Shown here in pieces: positions 12,249 to 26,326 of a stretch of DNA of 64,000 nt. The notes beneath the pieces were generated by a model. The model was not told the origin of the DNA. It saw nothing but the letters and a program-made list of their open reading frames with translations, and ran no database searches. The translations under genes and the position numbers were made by a program. This stretch comes from Tubulanus polymorphus (taxonomy: Eukaryota > Animalia > Nemertea): contig NC_134030.1 of the NCBI RefSeq assembly GCF_964204645.1, positions 16,244,110-16,308,109 of the forward strand, written 5' to 3'. Numbering within the stretch: the first letter of the stretch is position 1; every line of letters begins with the position of its first letter.

Positions 12249-12920
12249 CTGCATATACAGAAATTGTGGAAAGGTGCCATTAAATTACTTCACATTTCCC
12301 ATGGGGATATTTTTAGATAATAATCCCAATCTTGCTTGTACAATATTTGGCCGGAGCATTCGTTTAAGCTTGCTTTCTGGATCCGGTTTTTCCCGCTATT
12401 CAAGTTAGAACGGCGCAGTTTGGGAATTGTCGTATGCAGTCCGCCCAGCTAAGCGCCGATTTTGTGTTCGGTTAAATCATGGATACTAGAACGTTGGGGT
12501 CCATGGTGAAATGGTAGCCATCAATTTAAACGCTTATGCCATGTTTAAAACATAGTCTTTCTCTTAATCCCTCATTCTGGGATCATACGATTAATTTACT
12601 GAATATCGACTTTCTTGCTGGAAAATATGACCAGAAAACCTTACTGATATCAAATTCCAATATCATGAATATCATATCTGTCCCCCTTTTAGTATTCTGT
12701 TTTACATTAAACTGAGCCACATTTTCAAAAACATATCAACATCTTTATTTTGTTCTATAGTCTCCAACCATGAGCGATACATTCTGTTCAAACGCAAAGA
12801 TAGGCTTTCAACTATAGGTCACCTTTGCAATCAGCACAGAAAGTCTCCCTTCTTTCAAGAAATCCTTTAATTTCCCGACGCTACAAAACTCGTACTCCTC
12901 AGAGCACTTTGTGCTTTTCA

Positions 12921-13093
12921 CAATCAGGATTGTAGACATTGTCGACGAGTAAAATCGGTTGACAATCAGGGTTGTAGACATTGTCGACGAGTACAATCGG
13001 TCGACAATCAGGGCTGTAGACATTGTTGACGAGTAGAATCGGTCGACAATCAGATTGTAGACATTGTCGATGAGTAGAATCGGTCGACAGTCA
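12921..13093. repeat. 42-bp minisatellite, about 4 copies
   Basis: Unit CAATCAGGRTTGTAGACATTGTCGACGAGTARAATCGGTYGA. Confidence 0.9.
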
Positions 13094-15878
13094 GGAACCG
13101 AACCACTCACTTCATTAAAGAAAACCCCCCACGACGGAAATTTATTGTCCTATTCTGGAGTTGAACCCATCGGTCAGTGCTCTTGATTGTTGCGTTCAAA
13201 AAATCCAATTATCACCTGCAAGTACCTGAATTTCATTTCCTTTAAAATGGTGTATTAATCAAGTAAATCAAGCACGGGACTGCAGAGCTATATGATATTC
13301 GATCAAAACTTATGTCAAAACAATGGGACCTTGAGGGATCGCCACAAAATGGCACCTTGAAACTGGAAACGTCTTTCTTTCAGTTGGCCCACTGGAACTT
13401 GAGGAACTGAGCAACGCAGTTGGGTCAACAGATGTTTAACAGTAAACAGGAGTGTTCGTTTACGCCTGCATGCAAACCCCAGGGCCACAACGTTCAGTTT
13501 CGAGTTTCAATAAAATATATACGTATACATATAGTTTCGTAATTATGTTTTGGTCCATTTACCTTGATATTGTATTTGTTAGATAGAATCAGTTGGGTTG
13601 CTTCGAATAAACATGTAAAATCATGTGGTATAGGCCTATGGCGATTCTGCAGCTAAAGCAGCCACTGCGATGCTAGCTTTGCCGAAAGGCACCTTGCGTT
13701 CAGCACCCTATCGTGTTTCTTGCACAGCCCAGAACATTTTTTGGAACTCGCATATATCTAGTAGTCGGAAGGTAGACACACCGGCGTTTGGAGCAATTGA
13801 TTCTGTTGGAACCATAGATAAGTGTCGTTTCCCGTGTTCTAAGCTATGTGGGATTGTGGATTGAAACTGACGTAGTTATTGTTCGAGCAGAGGGTGGCCT
13901 CGAAATTGATAACACCAACGGCCAATTAAGAAGTATATTCGGAGTCAGAATAATAATACCTGTCCCAGGGGCGCTCAAATTTTCACAGGAATTTTCCCAG
14001 TCCCCCTATTTCCAGCTCACTTTTCTCAGCCTGATTTTTGAGCATCGGGAACACGGAACTAGGACCATAATATTCACCCATCAAACTTCCCAGTCCCCAA
14101 CTCACAGACAGTTTTGGTATCGGGAACACGAAATTGCATGAAATCTAGGTTCGGAAAAGGACCACCTGCTCCTTAGATCCTTTCGATATCGACCTTGGCG
14201 AATCTGAACTAATCACCACTCACCACTGTTCACGTTATTGCGAGAACAGATTCGCGAGGGCTGTGTAATTCTTTTCTTTTTGTTCTTCTATTTTCCACAG
14301 CCGTAGGCTTTTACTCACTTTTATCGTTACCAGTGCCAGGTGCCATCTAATTCAAAATGTCCTAGAACCCGTACTTTTTAGTCGACACTCTTTTACGTAC
14401 TGACTCGTCGTCAATTCACCCATTAATCCAGTCTTAATCGGGTTTACGTCACGAATACTTCCCACTGTTATCCCTGTTATCCCCAGAATTGGTACCAGGT
14501 CAATCCATTCCTCGACCTTTTCCTTCGAAACCGTGAGTATGTCGAGGTTATCCGGCGAATGTTCTGCCCCTCCGTTTGATTCTTTCTACAAAAACTAGCC
14601 TATGAATCGAATCAGTTTCACGTTATCGATGAACGTGGGCGAGTCCCCCTGGCTCAATGAATCGTAAACTCTTATCGATAGTGAAATGCGACCTGTCTTA
14701 AAAGTCTGATCCCCGGTCAACTGCACCTGTATGTATTTTGTCTGTGAGCATCGAAGTCGCAACTAATGACATTTTGATGAGACTCCGTTTTCAAAGCGAG
14801 ATCGCACTTTTGTTTCCAACTTTTCACTCCCACAACGTCACTCGGGTTATATCCCAAATCCCATTTCGCCCGCTCTTCTGATATAAGTCCTCTTTCGGTA
14901 ATGATTCCGCAGCTGTACTCAAAAGTAAACTCCGTGCCGTGGTCTTCGCAGTAAGCTACTGTCATCGCATCCTTGTTGTTAGCCCCACACGTGATCTTTG
15001 TACAAGGTCTACCTCCATTTTCGATGGTTTGTATACTGTTATGGCTTCCTCGAAGTGCGCGTCTCTATCTTTTTAATTTGTCTTATGGCTACTTGGGTAA
15101 GTCCTGATCGGACTTATCGGACTCGTTGCTCATTGCCTTGCCCATAGAGTGTCTCTATCTTCGCGCGAACCCGTATTTCACACGAAACGTCAGTTTTTGC
15201 GGCCTAATATTTAACGACTGACGTTTCAAAATCACACTACTTTAAAAGAGGGTTGAGTTCATTCGTCGTATGCGATCGAAATATTTAATTTTTTGCCCTC
15301 TCCTTAATGGTTTTCTACTTTTCTTGTTCCATCTCCCGTTGTTCTTGTTACGTCGACAGAATTCATTTCCGAGCTAACTTCTATCCAAATTCGACGATTT
15401 TTTTTTTTTTGCTACTAAATCCACCTGATATAAGCTCCAATGTTGTGATTAACTTATTTGCTCATTTATCTAATATATTTGTTTCATCTGTCGTATAAAT
15501 TCAATGACCTCTTCTCCACGATATTCTCATTCATGATTCCTACGATTTTGGATTTGGAAACAGGTCATCAACCCTAAAAAAAGGGGTTTAGGTCTCAACG
15601 AAGACAGACATTTAGATCACTTGTTGGCACGCAGAATTAACAACTACGAAGTCAGTATAGAATATGTAAACCAAAAGAAGACTAAATACTTGTTTTATCA
15701 TTTGTCTCGACTAACGTACTGTCAACTGGTATGTAGTAAGAATGAAAACTGCGTCTGGAATATAATGACTGCTCGTACCATAAGTCCGATCGGCACTATC
15801 GTGTATTACGGGTATCTCATCGAAAGAAAAGATGTGTCCCTCGGAATGGATTGGCCCCGAACTGAGGAATTGACCTAC

Positions 15879-16051
15879 CTGAAATCTATACCATTGTAGA
15901 AATCCCAGGCAGACGCATGGCAGACTACAGGTCTACCATCTAATGGTTTTTCAATCATCGATTTATTCCAGAATTCATTTGGCATCCTTTCTAAGCCGAG
16001 TGATGCAAAAAAATCGTCTGATAAATGGAACATTCTCAGAGCGGTGTAATT
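15879..16051 (-). CDS. Ace: ACE-family exon 7
   Basis: [20 protein letters not shown]...[32 protein letters not shown]; 173 nt. Confidence 0.97.
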
Positions 16052-16287
16052 CTGCGTAAATAAAGTAATCTTATGCAACAATCATTATGCAGCTGCCTTG
16101 TGATTCCGACGGTTCACTCGTGAAATGTCGGACTCGTGAACCTTCGTACTTGTGAACCGTCGGACTCTCGGGCTGTTTCCAATGGTGATGGTTAATCAAA
16201 TGTCCCAGGCGTAGGTTCATGCTGAAGTTCATGGACGGATAAATTCACATTGTTATGCGTAAAGAATTTGCATGAATAATCGATTAC

Positions 16288-16385
16288 CTGATAAACCATT
16301 TGTTTTCTAACAGCCAACGAAGGTTCATCCGGAAATGGAGTAACGATATCAAATATGTTCAGCCACGATTGACTCCACATATTTC
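16288..16385 (-). CDS. Ace: ACE-family exon 6
   Basis: GNMWSQSWLNIFDIVTPFPDEPSLAVRKQMVYQ; 98 nt; phase matches exon 5 across a 24-kb intron. Confidence 0.96.
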
Positions 16386-16416
16386 CTAGATAAAGAAATT
16401 CAGTTCATATTGACAT

Positions 16417-16542
16417 AAAAATAATAATAATAATAATAAAAATAAAAATAAAAATAATAATAATAAGAATAAAAATAATAATAATAATAAAAATGATAAT
16501 AAGAATAAAAATAATAATAATAATAAATAATGATAATAATAA
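16417..16542. repeat. (AAT)n/(AAAAAT)n low-complexity microsatellite next to the exon 6 acceptor
   Basis: Directly visible. Confidence 0.9.
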
Positions 16543-18300
16543 CAAGAGGTCCACGGACCTTGAGACTTCGTCGAGATAATCGGAAGTTCCAGTTTGGGAA
16601 AAGGAACAGGTCCCGCCTCGCCGGGCAGGCTGGATCAATGTTTTTAAACGTATCAATACATTTACATTTATAACAAATATATGTGTTACCACTTGTGCTG
16701 AAATGTAATTTAGAATTCAATACTGTCTTGATTTTAAAATATTCTTGTTTTCGGGGCTTATTTTCTCAAAGATCCACATGAGCTGAAGTTTTTCACAAGT
16801 AATTCCTTTTGAGGTTTATGTTTGATGCTCTATCCAACCACTTCAGTCAAACTGCATTATCAGTGAGTGAATACCTCTTAAATGCAGATGAATAACAGCC
16901 ACGGCAATAACTTCACGGAGAAGACGAAAAATAGTTGTCCAACTTATTCGAACTTTACTGAAAACATTTTCAAAAATATTGCAATATAAAATCTCTCAAC
17001 GAAAAGCAATCATTACATAAAGTCCTGATTATAACACATTATTCGTCATTACAAACACACAGCAATTTTACTTAAGGACCTGTTTTAAAGTTAAAAAAAT
17101 CAACAAGACTGCCTTTGCTATTAGGACTTCAAGTATGAATAAAAAAGTATGAATAAGCTTGAACATTTTGACTAACTTGTAAGACAAATTCTATGGTCAC
17201 ACCAAAATAAACATTCTGCATTTGAAGTGAAGATAGGTGGCTGAATGAAACATATGTGATTAGGTCAAAATCGACCTGCTTATCGATATTTTTGAAAACG
17301 CACAACAGTTTAATTGCCGACAAGCTGTTGATGAACAGTGAGTCCATTGAGACTTGAATTGTATTAACTTTTTTTTAATGTGCGGTCTGAGGGAAATTAT
17401 ATGTCCCATCTATCACTACTGCACGTGCTGGTACCACTAGGTTGTTTCAGAGAGGAAATGCCTTTCCTCCGGTGGAGTATCAATTTTGAAGTTCTTCCGA
17501 GGAAAGCGGTGTTTGCTGTAGTATAGACGAATTGAAACCACTGTCTAGTGTATTAGATAGGGATTGTACGTATCATTCAACATCCATTTGACAAATCTGA
17601 AACAATAGAAATGTACCAATTTATTTTCTGCCTAATCAAAACAGAAAATTTGGGCAGACGCTCCCGCCCGGCCAAGCCAATCATTCACCCCCCCCCCCCC
17701 CCCAACACCATGCAAGTCTACGACAACTGTCACAATAACTTGCCCCCGTCCCATATTTAAATGACAGAAATACTGAAAAAACCTCACCTATGCAGGAATC
17801 CTGAAGCAGAGATTGAGAACAATTAATCTGAAAAAAAGGGAAAACATTTTACTCATTTTATGGTTACATAGGCCTATATGCGACTGAGAGCAGATCGTCT
17901 CCCAGGCGGTATTAATTAAGTTGAAATTTGAATTTGATAATTAATAATTATTAGATGGGCACATAAATGCGGTTGAAAATAAATCGCATGCAACTACGCT
18001 GCATACTTTGATATCGATGCAGCGTAGCTCTGTTAATCATTAGCCTAGGTAAATGACGGTTTGTCGCTAGAAATCGACAGAAAACACCAGCTAACTACAC
18101 CACTAGTGTTTTCAGGTGTTTAATTTACTTTTCGAATTTTGCGTGCTTAAGACATTGACGGAATAAATCAAAGTCAGAATTCCATCAACATTGGACCCAC
18201 CCAGCATTGCCATACTTAACTGGATCCTTACATTACATTAGATAATTCTACCATATTCAGCAAAAAACATGAACTCCACTTACCCAGGACGTCAAAATGG

Positions 18301-18600
18301 TACGGAAGCTCCTAGGTGACATACGAGATATTTTTTTCACAATTTCGACTTGTTATCTCGAAATTCGACATAATAAGTCGAAATTCGACCTAATAAGTCG
18401 ATCGCATTTCGACTTAATAAGTCGAATTTCGAGGTAATTATGTCGAGTTATTTTTATGTCATTTCGAGATAATCAGTCTACATGAAAATAACACAAAATT
18501 CGTCGAAATTAAGTCGAAATTCGACATGAAAAGAAAACTCGAAATTCGACTCAATAAGTCGAATTTCGCCATAATAAGTCGAATTTCGAGTTAATAATCG
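18301..18600. repeat. TACGG-starting TIR end with an AAGTCGAAATTCGAC array (IS3EU-like, partner end not found)
   Basis: TACGGAAGCTCC followed by tandem degenerate units. Confidence 0.5.
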
Positions 18601-19577
18601 AGCTGCTGAGGGTATTCCCTGATATTCCCTCAACATCCAATCAGAACGCAGCTTTCTCACAATAACGTCACAAGCGCGAACACGCAGGCCGCGGCCTACC
18701 CCGTTGAAGAGCAGTGATAAGCCGAAAGAGCCCACGTGATCACCGCAGAATGAAGGTATTCATTTTCCGGATGGAACATATATTCGTGACAAAATACCGA
18801 ACTTTGACTGCTAATTACTGCGTAACTGGAACGTTTCGCGGTTTTATCTTCTTAATTACCGTTTTATCTTTGTCAGGTAACGTTTTAAATGGTACTAATC
18901 CCATAACGAAAGTGTACGGCACAAAAGACGAGTTAACATGCAAGCCATTTTGTGAGCAAGTCATTTCCGGAAAAGTCTCCTGACCATTATGAAGACTTCG
19001 TCGATATAGGTCGATGAAGTCAATAATTATAATAATAATGATGACGACGACCGACGACGACGGCAGCGACGACGACGAAAACAATGATCGAGCCTACATA
19101 CAGAGTGTTTAGACCTTGAAAGACTTCGGGATTTTGCGGATGAAGATGCAAGTGAAAGTATGGTGGCTGATTCGGGCCATGTAATAAAAAAATCACAAAC
19201 GTTACAAATTTTTTTTTGCGGACGCTTAAAAGTCGTTTTATTGCGCGATAAAACGAAAATTACCACGTTAAAACGAGAAATTACCGCGATAAAACAAGAA
19301 AAAGTCGTTTTACCGCGCAATAAAACGAGAAAAAGTCGTTTTATCCCGTGATAAAACGAACTTTTTCGTTTTATTGCCACGTTAATACGAAAAATAGCGC
19401 GATAAAACGAAAATTACTGCGTTAAAACGAGAAAAAAGTCGTTTTATTGCGCGATAAAACGAGAAAAGTCGTTTTATCGCGCGATAAAACGAACTTTTTC
19501 GTTTTATTGCCACGTTAAAACGAAAAATTATGGTGGCTGATAAGGGCCATAGCGTAAAATTCCTGGTATGTAAATGA

Positions 19578-20410
19578 GGGCGCCAGAACGCCAGAACGCC
19601 AAAACGAAAAAAAACGTCCAATTTTCTCTAAAAGTTCGTTTTGGCGCGCCAAAACAAAGAAAATTCCGTTTTGGCGCCCCCGCCAAAACGAACTTTCGTT
19701 TTGGCGCCCCCGCCAAAACAACGAAAAACGTCGAAATTTCTCTAAAAGTTCGTTTTGGCGCGCCAAAACAACGAATATTCCGTTTTGGCGCCCCCGCCAA
19801 AACGATCTTTCATTTTGGCGCCCCCGCCAAAACAACGAAAAACGTCCAATTTTCTCTAAAAGTTCGCTTTGGCGCGCCAAAACAACGAATATTCCGTTTT
19901 GGCGCCCCCGCCAAAACGAACTTTCATTTTGGCGCCCTCGACAAAACGAACTTTCGTTTTGGCGCCCCCGCCAAAACAACGAAAAACGTCGAAATTTCTC
20001 TGAAAGTTCGTTTTGGCGCGCCAAAACAAAGAAAAGTTCGTTTTGGCGCGGTTATTTCCGTTTTGGCGCCCCCGCCAAAACAAGCATTCAACCACAGTAA
20101 AATTATTTTTCAAATTGGCGCGTTGATCTTGTGTGTAATTTGTATAAATTTGCATAAATGAAAATATTTTACGTATATATAGAATTATTTTACGTGGTTT
20201 AAAGTTCGTATTGGCGGGGGCGCCAAAACGAAAGTTCGTTTTGGCGGGGGCGCCAAAACGGAATTTTCTCCGTTTTGGCGCGCCAAAACGAACTTTCAGA
20301 GAAAATTGGACGTTTTTCGTTGTTTTGGCGGGGGCGCCAAAACCAAAGTTCGTTTTGGCGGGGGCGCCAAAATGAAAGTTCGTTTTGGCGGGGGCGCCAA
20401 AACGGAATAT
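19578..20410. repeat. Palindromic GC satellite (TTTTGGCGCCCCCGCCAAAA) in two inverted blocks; foldback-type element
   Basis: Array at 19580-20082 and inverted array at 20205-20410 around an AT-rich spacer. Confidence 0.85.
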
Positions 20411-20417
20411 TCTCCTT

Positions 20418-22585
20418 TTCTAACGTGACCCTCTTTATCTGGATATGTGTTCAGTACACGTGCCATAGGCCATAAACTTCGTGAGACTTGATTATCCACA
20501 ATTAAGACTAAGTCTCCTACCGAGAGGTTTTTACGCGACTCAAACCATTTTGAACGTTTCTGGAGTAGCGGCAAATATTCTGCTGACCACCTACGCCAAA
20601 ACACGTCAGCGAGATATTGAATTTGGCGCCAACGTTTTCACGAATAATTATCAATATCCGTAAATTTCCCAGGTGGTAAATCAGGCCCATATCGAAGTAA
20701 GAGCAAATGATTAGGTGATAGTGCGTCTAAATCGTTGGGGTCATCCGATGTTGCAGTAAGTGGACGCCCGTTTACAATACATTCCACTTCGCAGAACAAG
20801 GTACTCAACCTTCATCATCTACGATTTGTTCACTTTATACGCAACTTAAAATTTCGCGCACTGACCTAATCATTCGCTCCCACACACCACCCATGTGTGA
20901 GGCAGTTGGTGGATTAAAAACCCATTCAATTTCACGCTGCAAAAGGAACTCGTGAATTTGATCTTGATTCCATTCGGATACCGCCTTTTTTAACTCCCGT
21001 TGGCCTCCAACAAAGTTTGTACCATTATCACTCCTGATACGTAAGGGGTTACCGCGTCGACTGATAAACCGACGGAGTGCACAAATAAATGAATCGGTAC
21101 TCAAAGAATGGCAAACTTCGATGTGAATAGCCCGACAGGTGAGACACGTAAACAAACAACCGTAACGTTTAACTTGCGCCCGGCCCCGTTTGACGAGAAA
21201 CGGCCCAAAGCAATCGATCCCCACGTTTGTAAATGGGGGTAAATTCGGAGTAACCCTATCTTCTGGTAGGTCAGACATCTTTTGTCCTACAGCCTTAGCC
21301 CTTTGTTTCCTACAAGTAATACAGGCATTTAATCTACGCCTAATAGCCGATTTAGCGTTAATTAGCCAATATTTCTTTCTAATGTTTGATAAGACGTACT
21401 CACACCCCCTATGCGCATACACTCTGTGATAATAATCAATAATTAATGTACATAGGTGACTATTTTTTGGAACTATGATTGGGTGTTTACGTTTATCTGG
21501 TAATGTCGAGCGCCTTAGACGGCCACCTACACAAAGGAGTCCGTCAACCAAGACAGGATCTAACGGGATAAGGGAACTTGTCCTTTTAAGAGAGTGACTG
21601 TATTCGTCAGGGTAGTACCGTTTTTGTACGTAACCTAATATCGCATTCTCTGCACGTCTCAACTCGGAAACTGTTATACGATTGGATTTCACCACAGAGT
21701 CGATTTTGCGAACTCTACTCAATAGTCGAGATTTGAGCCTTAGGATCCAGGCTACACATTTCTTCAGTTTGTACCAAGAAGAAAATTGACTAAATGAGTT
21801 AAGTAGATGGTCTTCGTCCACCTTAACCGTGTTAACCGTCTTTCTTAACTCTTGATCGGAAGGGTCTATATCAAAATTCACGTCATCTGGCTGTTTGGGC
21901 CATTGAGATTCATCTCTCCAAAGACACTCTGGTCCCATTAACCATCTCGACGAGTTAATAAGTTCAGTTGGCTTTAAACCGCGAGAAGCGTCATCAGCTG
22001 GGTTGAGGCAGCCATCGATGAAGCGCCATTGGCATGGTTTAGAGTGTTCTCTTATTGCTGACACCCTGTTTGCTACATAAACTTGAAACCGTTTATCCTC
22101 GTTTCGAATATATTTGAGGACTGCTGTACTGTCCGTCCAGAAATATGAGGTTTCGATAGGTATGTCGATCTCTTTTAGTATCATGCCGTCGAGTCGCGTT
22201 GACAAAACTGCAGCGGCCAACTCAAGTCGTGGAATGCTCACGGTTTTCAGAGGCGTCACTCTAGACTTACCGAGCACGAAACTACAATGCACCGTCGTGC
22301 CATCGAATAACCTCAGAAAACTAACTGCACCGTATCCAATCTCAGCAGCATCAGAAAAATGATGTAACTGAGCGGATATTGGATCATCGAAGCCTGATGG
22401 TTTAAAACATCTACCGATGCGTAAACCTTCTAAACTAGGTAATTCTTTTAGCCATTTCAACCAAAACTCATCGCACCAGGCGGGAATTATGTCATCCCAC
22501 CCTAACTAAATCCTACACATCTCTTGTAACAATGATTTTACGGGTAATGATATAGGTGAAGTAAATACGATAGGGTCATACAAAA
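20418..22585 (-). pseudogene. pol: BEL/Pao LTR retrotransposon pol, 3' part (RNase H, integrase, C-terminal domain)
   Basis: YDP...LGWDD, LHHFSDA, IPRLEL, WTDS, NPADDASRG, H-H-C-C zinc finger, GIDCFGP, SDNGTNF, GGVWERM, FWRRWSAEYL. Confidence 0.95.
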
Positions 22586-22587
22586 CG

Positions 22588-25500
22588 CGTTCTCAAATGT
22601 TTTGATACTTTCTCAGTTTGTATCAAAAATATTGCCGATTTTTGGTCCTTAAGTCCTGAAAAATGATACATTTACAGTGTACAATCGTACAAACGTGTCA
22701 TCTATACCATAAAACACTTTATTTCCTGACCAATTTATGATGTTATGTGTGGGCCATAGACCTCAATATCTGCCTGTGATCTCAACTTTCAATTAAGATT
22801 ACGTAAGCTACTCGTGCCCAAAACGCGGCAGGCGCACAATAGAAAGTTCCGCGCAAGGTACTTTTATTGTCGCCGACGTAGAGGACCGATATTTTGCTAA
22901 TTGGATTCGGGAGGTTTAAACCTCCCAAGGTCAATTTACTAAAATTGTGACCTTCAGGGAGATTCTACGAAAGGCCGATCGTAATCAATTTGGGTTGAAC
23001 TTGATACCATAATGCTCACTGGTTTTAATGTCAAACCATGTAGTCCATATTTGGTAAGTTGTAAATATTACTTAAAACCGAAAGAAAAACCCATTATTGG
23101 ATCGAGTTTTTCCTAATTACACGAATTACTTGAAATATCTACTGAATGAAATGTATACACAATACCAATAAGAACAACCTGATTTGATTCTGTTCGGAAT
23201 TCATTCCTACATTTTCCTCATAAAAATCGGAGGCAGTATTTCTCATTGATTTTTTCAATAGCGTCATTTCAGCCATGGACTGTAAAAAAAACGTTACTGA
23301 TTCCATGGTTAGCTCGTTTTCGAGTAAAATATTGCATTTGATTCATTTCCAGTTGTGGTGTTGTCAAAGCTATATTTTCACAGTCCGATCAGTGATACAA
23401 ATAGCTACTCAGTTACCAACGGTATAGCCAATAATCTACAGAACCACCCGAATAGCGAAAATTAGCAAATTGTACCAGTGATGCCAGTTTTTGTCATGAT
23501 TTTAACGAACATGTCATTCAATAATCGATGTGATCGGGTAAAAACTCGCCCCGTAAAGGTCCCTTTCAGTAAAAATCCCCTAGTTAAATATACCCCAAGG
23601 TAAAGGCCCCTGGTAAAAAACCCGAAGATTTTTCAGTGTCTAGTTGGATGTTCTTTTCTTGTTCCTCTGTATACCTGTATACCTTCTCTATCAGATAGAA
23701 ATGTTGTTAACTGCAACTATCCGTTAATCAAACTGTTGAATTATTTTTGATAATCGGGAGTGATGAAAAGTTAGGAATGAAAATTAACGGTTTAGTTACT
23801 TGTATTTAGTTTAAAATCATGTGTTCTGCTTTAACAAATGCACTGTTTTATCTAAAAATATTATTTGACCCGAGTGCCTCAATCAGGGCTACATCAACAG
23901 TCCATCTCACTGATTACTTAATCACAAATAATCACCAGCCATTGAAATGTTTAATCCTCATACAATACAATACAATTATCTCAAATCTAAATTTCATGAG
24001 ATAAATGCTCCTAGATTTCATAGGTTTTATTCCAACTGTTGCGACAGTCATATCAAAACTGGACTATTCATATCAATAGACGTTAAAATGGACTGTTAAT
24101 ATATGAAAAGTCTTTAAGGCCATATCATATATCTGAAGTGCGCTATGTTTTGCCTTGCAGTAATAATTTGATTTGTCACATGATTACTCCATATCTTCAT
24201 ATAATTTCCAAATAAACGAATACATTTCCATTGTTATGTTAAATGACATCAGCAAAAGCAAATAGACACAAACTACTACACTACTGTGTTTAGATTGGTT
24301 TAAGAGATTGGACGCCGATTGATACGAAAACTAGATTTCATGCAATCATTTTCTTTCTTTAAAATCGTTGCGAATTAACGCCTGAGTGTTCGACTCTGGA
24401 CGAACGGTTAATGGAATTTTATCGGGTTAGTCTTTCTATAGCCGACTAGCTATTGAATACCAGTGATTAAGCCATAAGTAAATAAAGAAGTTACTTGGGA
24501 TGTTTAATTAATTGATGACAATGTACAAGTAAAACCAGGCCTATGAGACACCCTGTAAAATGATATCATGCAAGATATTCATATAAGCGTAGTCCTGATT
24601 TGAATGAATGTACCCACATTTTAGGCAATGAATCGAGACTTGGTTTTATCCCATAGCGTCAGCGCTAGTACATGCTTGAGATGAGATTGTTGGTTTATAT
24701 TTTGAACTCTGTAAAGAAGTTTTGTACATTTAAGCGTGAATGACGCACTGTGATGAACTATTGTACGAAATAACATATTAAATTCAATGAAAGAATCTTA
24801 ATGTTCCAAAAGGAATATAAGTGTAGTTAAGATTAATAGTTGTTTTTTTTCTAAATGAAAACCGATGATATAAAATAATTTAGGTTATATCCCCAAAGTA
24901 AAAATCCCCCGGTAAAATATTCCAAATATTTCATTTAACTAACATAAAATCAACACAATTCATTATGTTCAAAAAAACTCAACTCATAGATTCTAGATTT
25001 TATTGCACTTCTATTAACTGAAGATGATAGTAATGATGTATAGATGTAATATGATGACCGAACGTTTGATGAGGAATAACTACTGTGGTTAGATACAATT
25101 CTCATTCTTAGGATACGAATCGGTTGATTGAATTCGGTCATTTAAACTACTGGCTAATTTACAGTGGTCACTATTGAAACGATTAATTGAAGTGCCCTTG
25201 AAATCAAGATAGATTCCTGTTGCGTAAATTAACTAATTTTCAAGCGACCACCTTCTGTATACCTTTTACGTACTGAACAAAGTTCAAGAACATTCTCTTG
25301 CAATTGACATAGCATTAAAACTTTATGACAGCATGGTTCTATCGATACTTACATTTGGATGTGAGATTTGGGGGATAGAGAACATATCAATTTTGGAGAA
25401 AATACAATTGAAATTTTTTAAATACATTCTCAAACTGAAAAAGTCTACCCCATACATGTTTGTATATGGCGAACTAGGCCGATATCCGTTGGAATTAACG

Positions 25501-26293
25501 GTTAAATGTCGAATAATAAAATTTTGGGCCAAGCTTTTAAACAGCAACAAACTGTCCTCTGACATGTATCATATATTACTCAAATCGCATGAAAATGGCA
25601 ATTCGAACCCCTGGATATCCTTTGTCCGCACAACCTTAGAAACAAATGGTCTTGGGAACTTGTGGCACGACCAGACACCCCCTAATCCTGATTACGCAGC
25701 ACACAGCCTTTCTTTGCGACTGAGGGACCAATACGTTCAAAACTGGGATAACCAATGTAAGATTTCTAATATTGCCGACTCGTATAGAATTTTTAAAACT
25801 GAATGGGGCTCTGAAAACTATTTATCTGAATTACCTGATCATCTAAGGATATCATTTTGTAGATTCCGATGTTGCAACCACCCCCTCTCAATAGAAAAAG
25901 GGAGATATAATCGTATACCCCGAGCAGACAGGCTGTGTACTAAGTGCGATATGGGAGTTGTATGTGATGAATTTCACTTTATATTTATTTGTCCTTTTTT
26001 CAATGACCAGCGCAAGAAGTATGTCAATCAATATTATATAAACAACCCTACATCGCATAAATTTAAAGAGTTATTTTGTACAACTGGCGTGAAATTAAAA
26101 AACCTCATTTTATATATACAGAAATGTTTAAGATACTTTGTTACCTAAGTGCATAAATGCCAGATAATGCACTTTTTGCATACATATGCCCACCAATTGT
26201 ATGTACTGTCAATTTTCATTGTCTGTAATTTGTATAATGTATTTTGTAACTGGCTTTTGCTCTTCGCAAATTTGTAAATTTTGTGAGCAATAA

Positions 26294-26326
<33 letters not shown>

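Noticed and set aside
12921-13093. 42-bp repeats as a CRISPR array, or ORF 12808-13110 as a gene
   Set aside because: The units are contiguous with no unique spacers, there are no cas genes and the context is eukaryotic; the ORF only reads through the minisatellite.
13100-15500. Possible coding relic or unknown element (ORFs 13670-14141 and 14717-14965)
   Set aside because: No recognisable motif, termini or splice pattern.
16400-16720. Poly-Ile and poly-Tyr ORFs
   Set aside because: Translations of an (AAT)n microsatellite.
19027-20475. Many overlapping repetitive ORFs on both strands
   Set aside because: Stop-poor satellite and TIR arrays with no coding signal.
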